This document shows positions 63,413-64,000 of a stretch of 64,000 nt of DNA, one piece after another; positions within the stretch are counted from its first letter, which is position 1; each line of letters begins with the position of its first letter. Under the pieces are notes generated by a model. That model saw only the letters and a list, made by a program, of their open reading frames with translations. It was not told the DNA's origin and did no database searches. The DNA is from an uncultured Holosporaceae bacterium (lineage in GTDB: Bacteria; Pseudomonadota; Alphaproteobacteria; UBA3830; CASESI01), in the NCBI GenBank assembly GCA_949290705.1, contig CASESI010000022.1, forward strand, positions 269,024 to 333,023, given 5' to 3'. The translations under genes were made by a program, and so were the position numbers.

Positions 63413-63930
63413 ATGTTAAAAAATAAAAAATGTCAAGCATTACTTATAGCCGCAAGTGCGTTTATAGGTATCAATGGTAACGCAAGTTGGGAAGATATAC
63501 CTTACTCAATGGATGATTCTGCGATAATAAGCAATAGAATTGTCAATATAAAAAATGCGTTGGAAGTGATATGTATAACAAAATCAAAGAATCTTGTAAT
63601 GCGTATCATAGCAGAACAGTGTCCGCTGGAGAAGTTGTTGAAGATGTTATAGCCATATTAGATGCAGAGGAAAAAGGCCTACGTGATGCTTTATACGCGA
63701 ACCCTTCTACTGATATAAACCCAAATTACGATAAGTATAGGAAGTTGCCAAGAGGCGATTATAGTAAAAATGTTGATACTATGAGTAAGTTGGTAGAGCA
63801 TGGTAATGATTCTATCAAAAGGGTAAGAAACATTATCAAACTATATAGATGGAATTTACCTGATGATCGTTTGATTGGGTTAATAGAAGACGAGAACATG
63901 AATTTTCTAACATTTTGTCAATCAAATTAA
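63413..63930 (+). pseudogene. Secreted hypothetical protein split by a frameshift
   Basis: AAGGAG RBS and ATG 63413; signal peptide MLKNKKCQALLIAASAFIGINGNAS; continuation in the -1 frame, open from 63538 to 63930. Confidence 0.55.
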
Positions 63931-64000
63931 TTTCATTTTTTTAACTTTTCTTTAATTTTTTTCTCTATTCTTTTCTTGTTTTTATTAGAGGTTTTTAAAA

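Overview
Gene-dense, AT-rich chromosomal segment of a reduced-genome alphaproteobacterium. It most resembles a Holosporales/Rickettsiales-type host-associated organism; that placement is inferred from protein signatures, not from a search. The window is mostly housekeeping genes (pnp, leuS, metG, alaS, serS, ftsZ, gyrA/gyrB, recA/recG, ribosomal proteins) and two tRNAs (Thr-UGU, Glu-UUC), in a heavily shuffled order with most canonical operons broken. Standouts: scattered flagellar genes (motA, fliI, motB) and a very large (951 aa), divergent flagellin; an orphan CqsS/LqsS-like sensor kinase divergent from motA; an orphan T6SS TssA; mevalonate-type isoprenoid genes (mvaS, fni); a putative operon linking a degenerate anti-sigma kinase, a STAS protein, a patatin, an ABC permease, a pseudo-ATPase and motB; about eight orphan signal-peptide proteins, three apparently frameshifted; CtrA-like boxes; a GC-rich structured leader that may sequester an RBS; and a GC-elevated block at about 29.7-39.7 kb. 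I saw no CRISPR array, rRNA, prophage or transposase. Start codons are my best guesses and sometimes differ from the ORF track.
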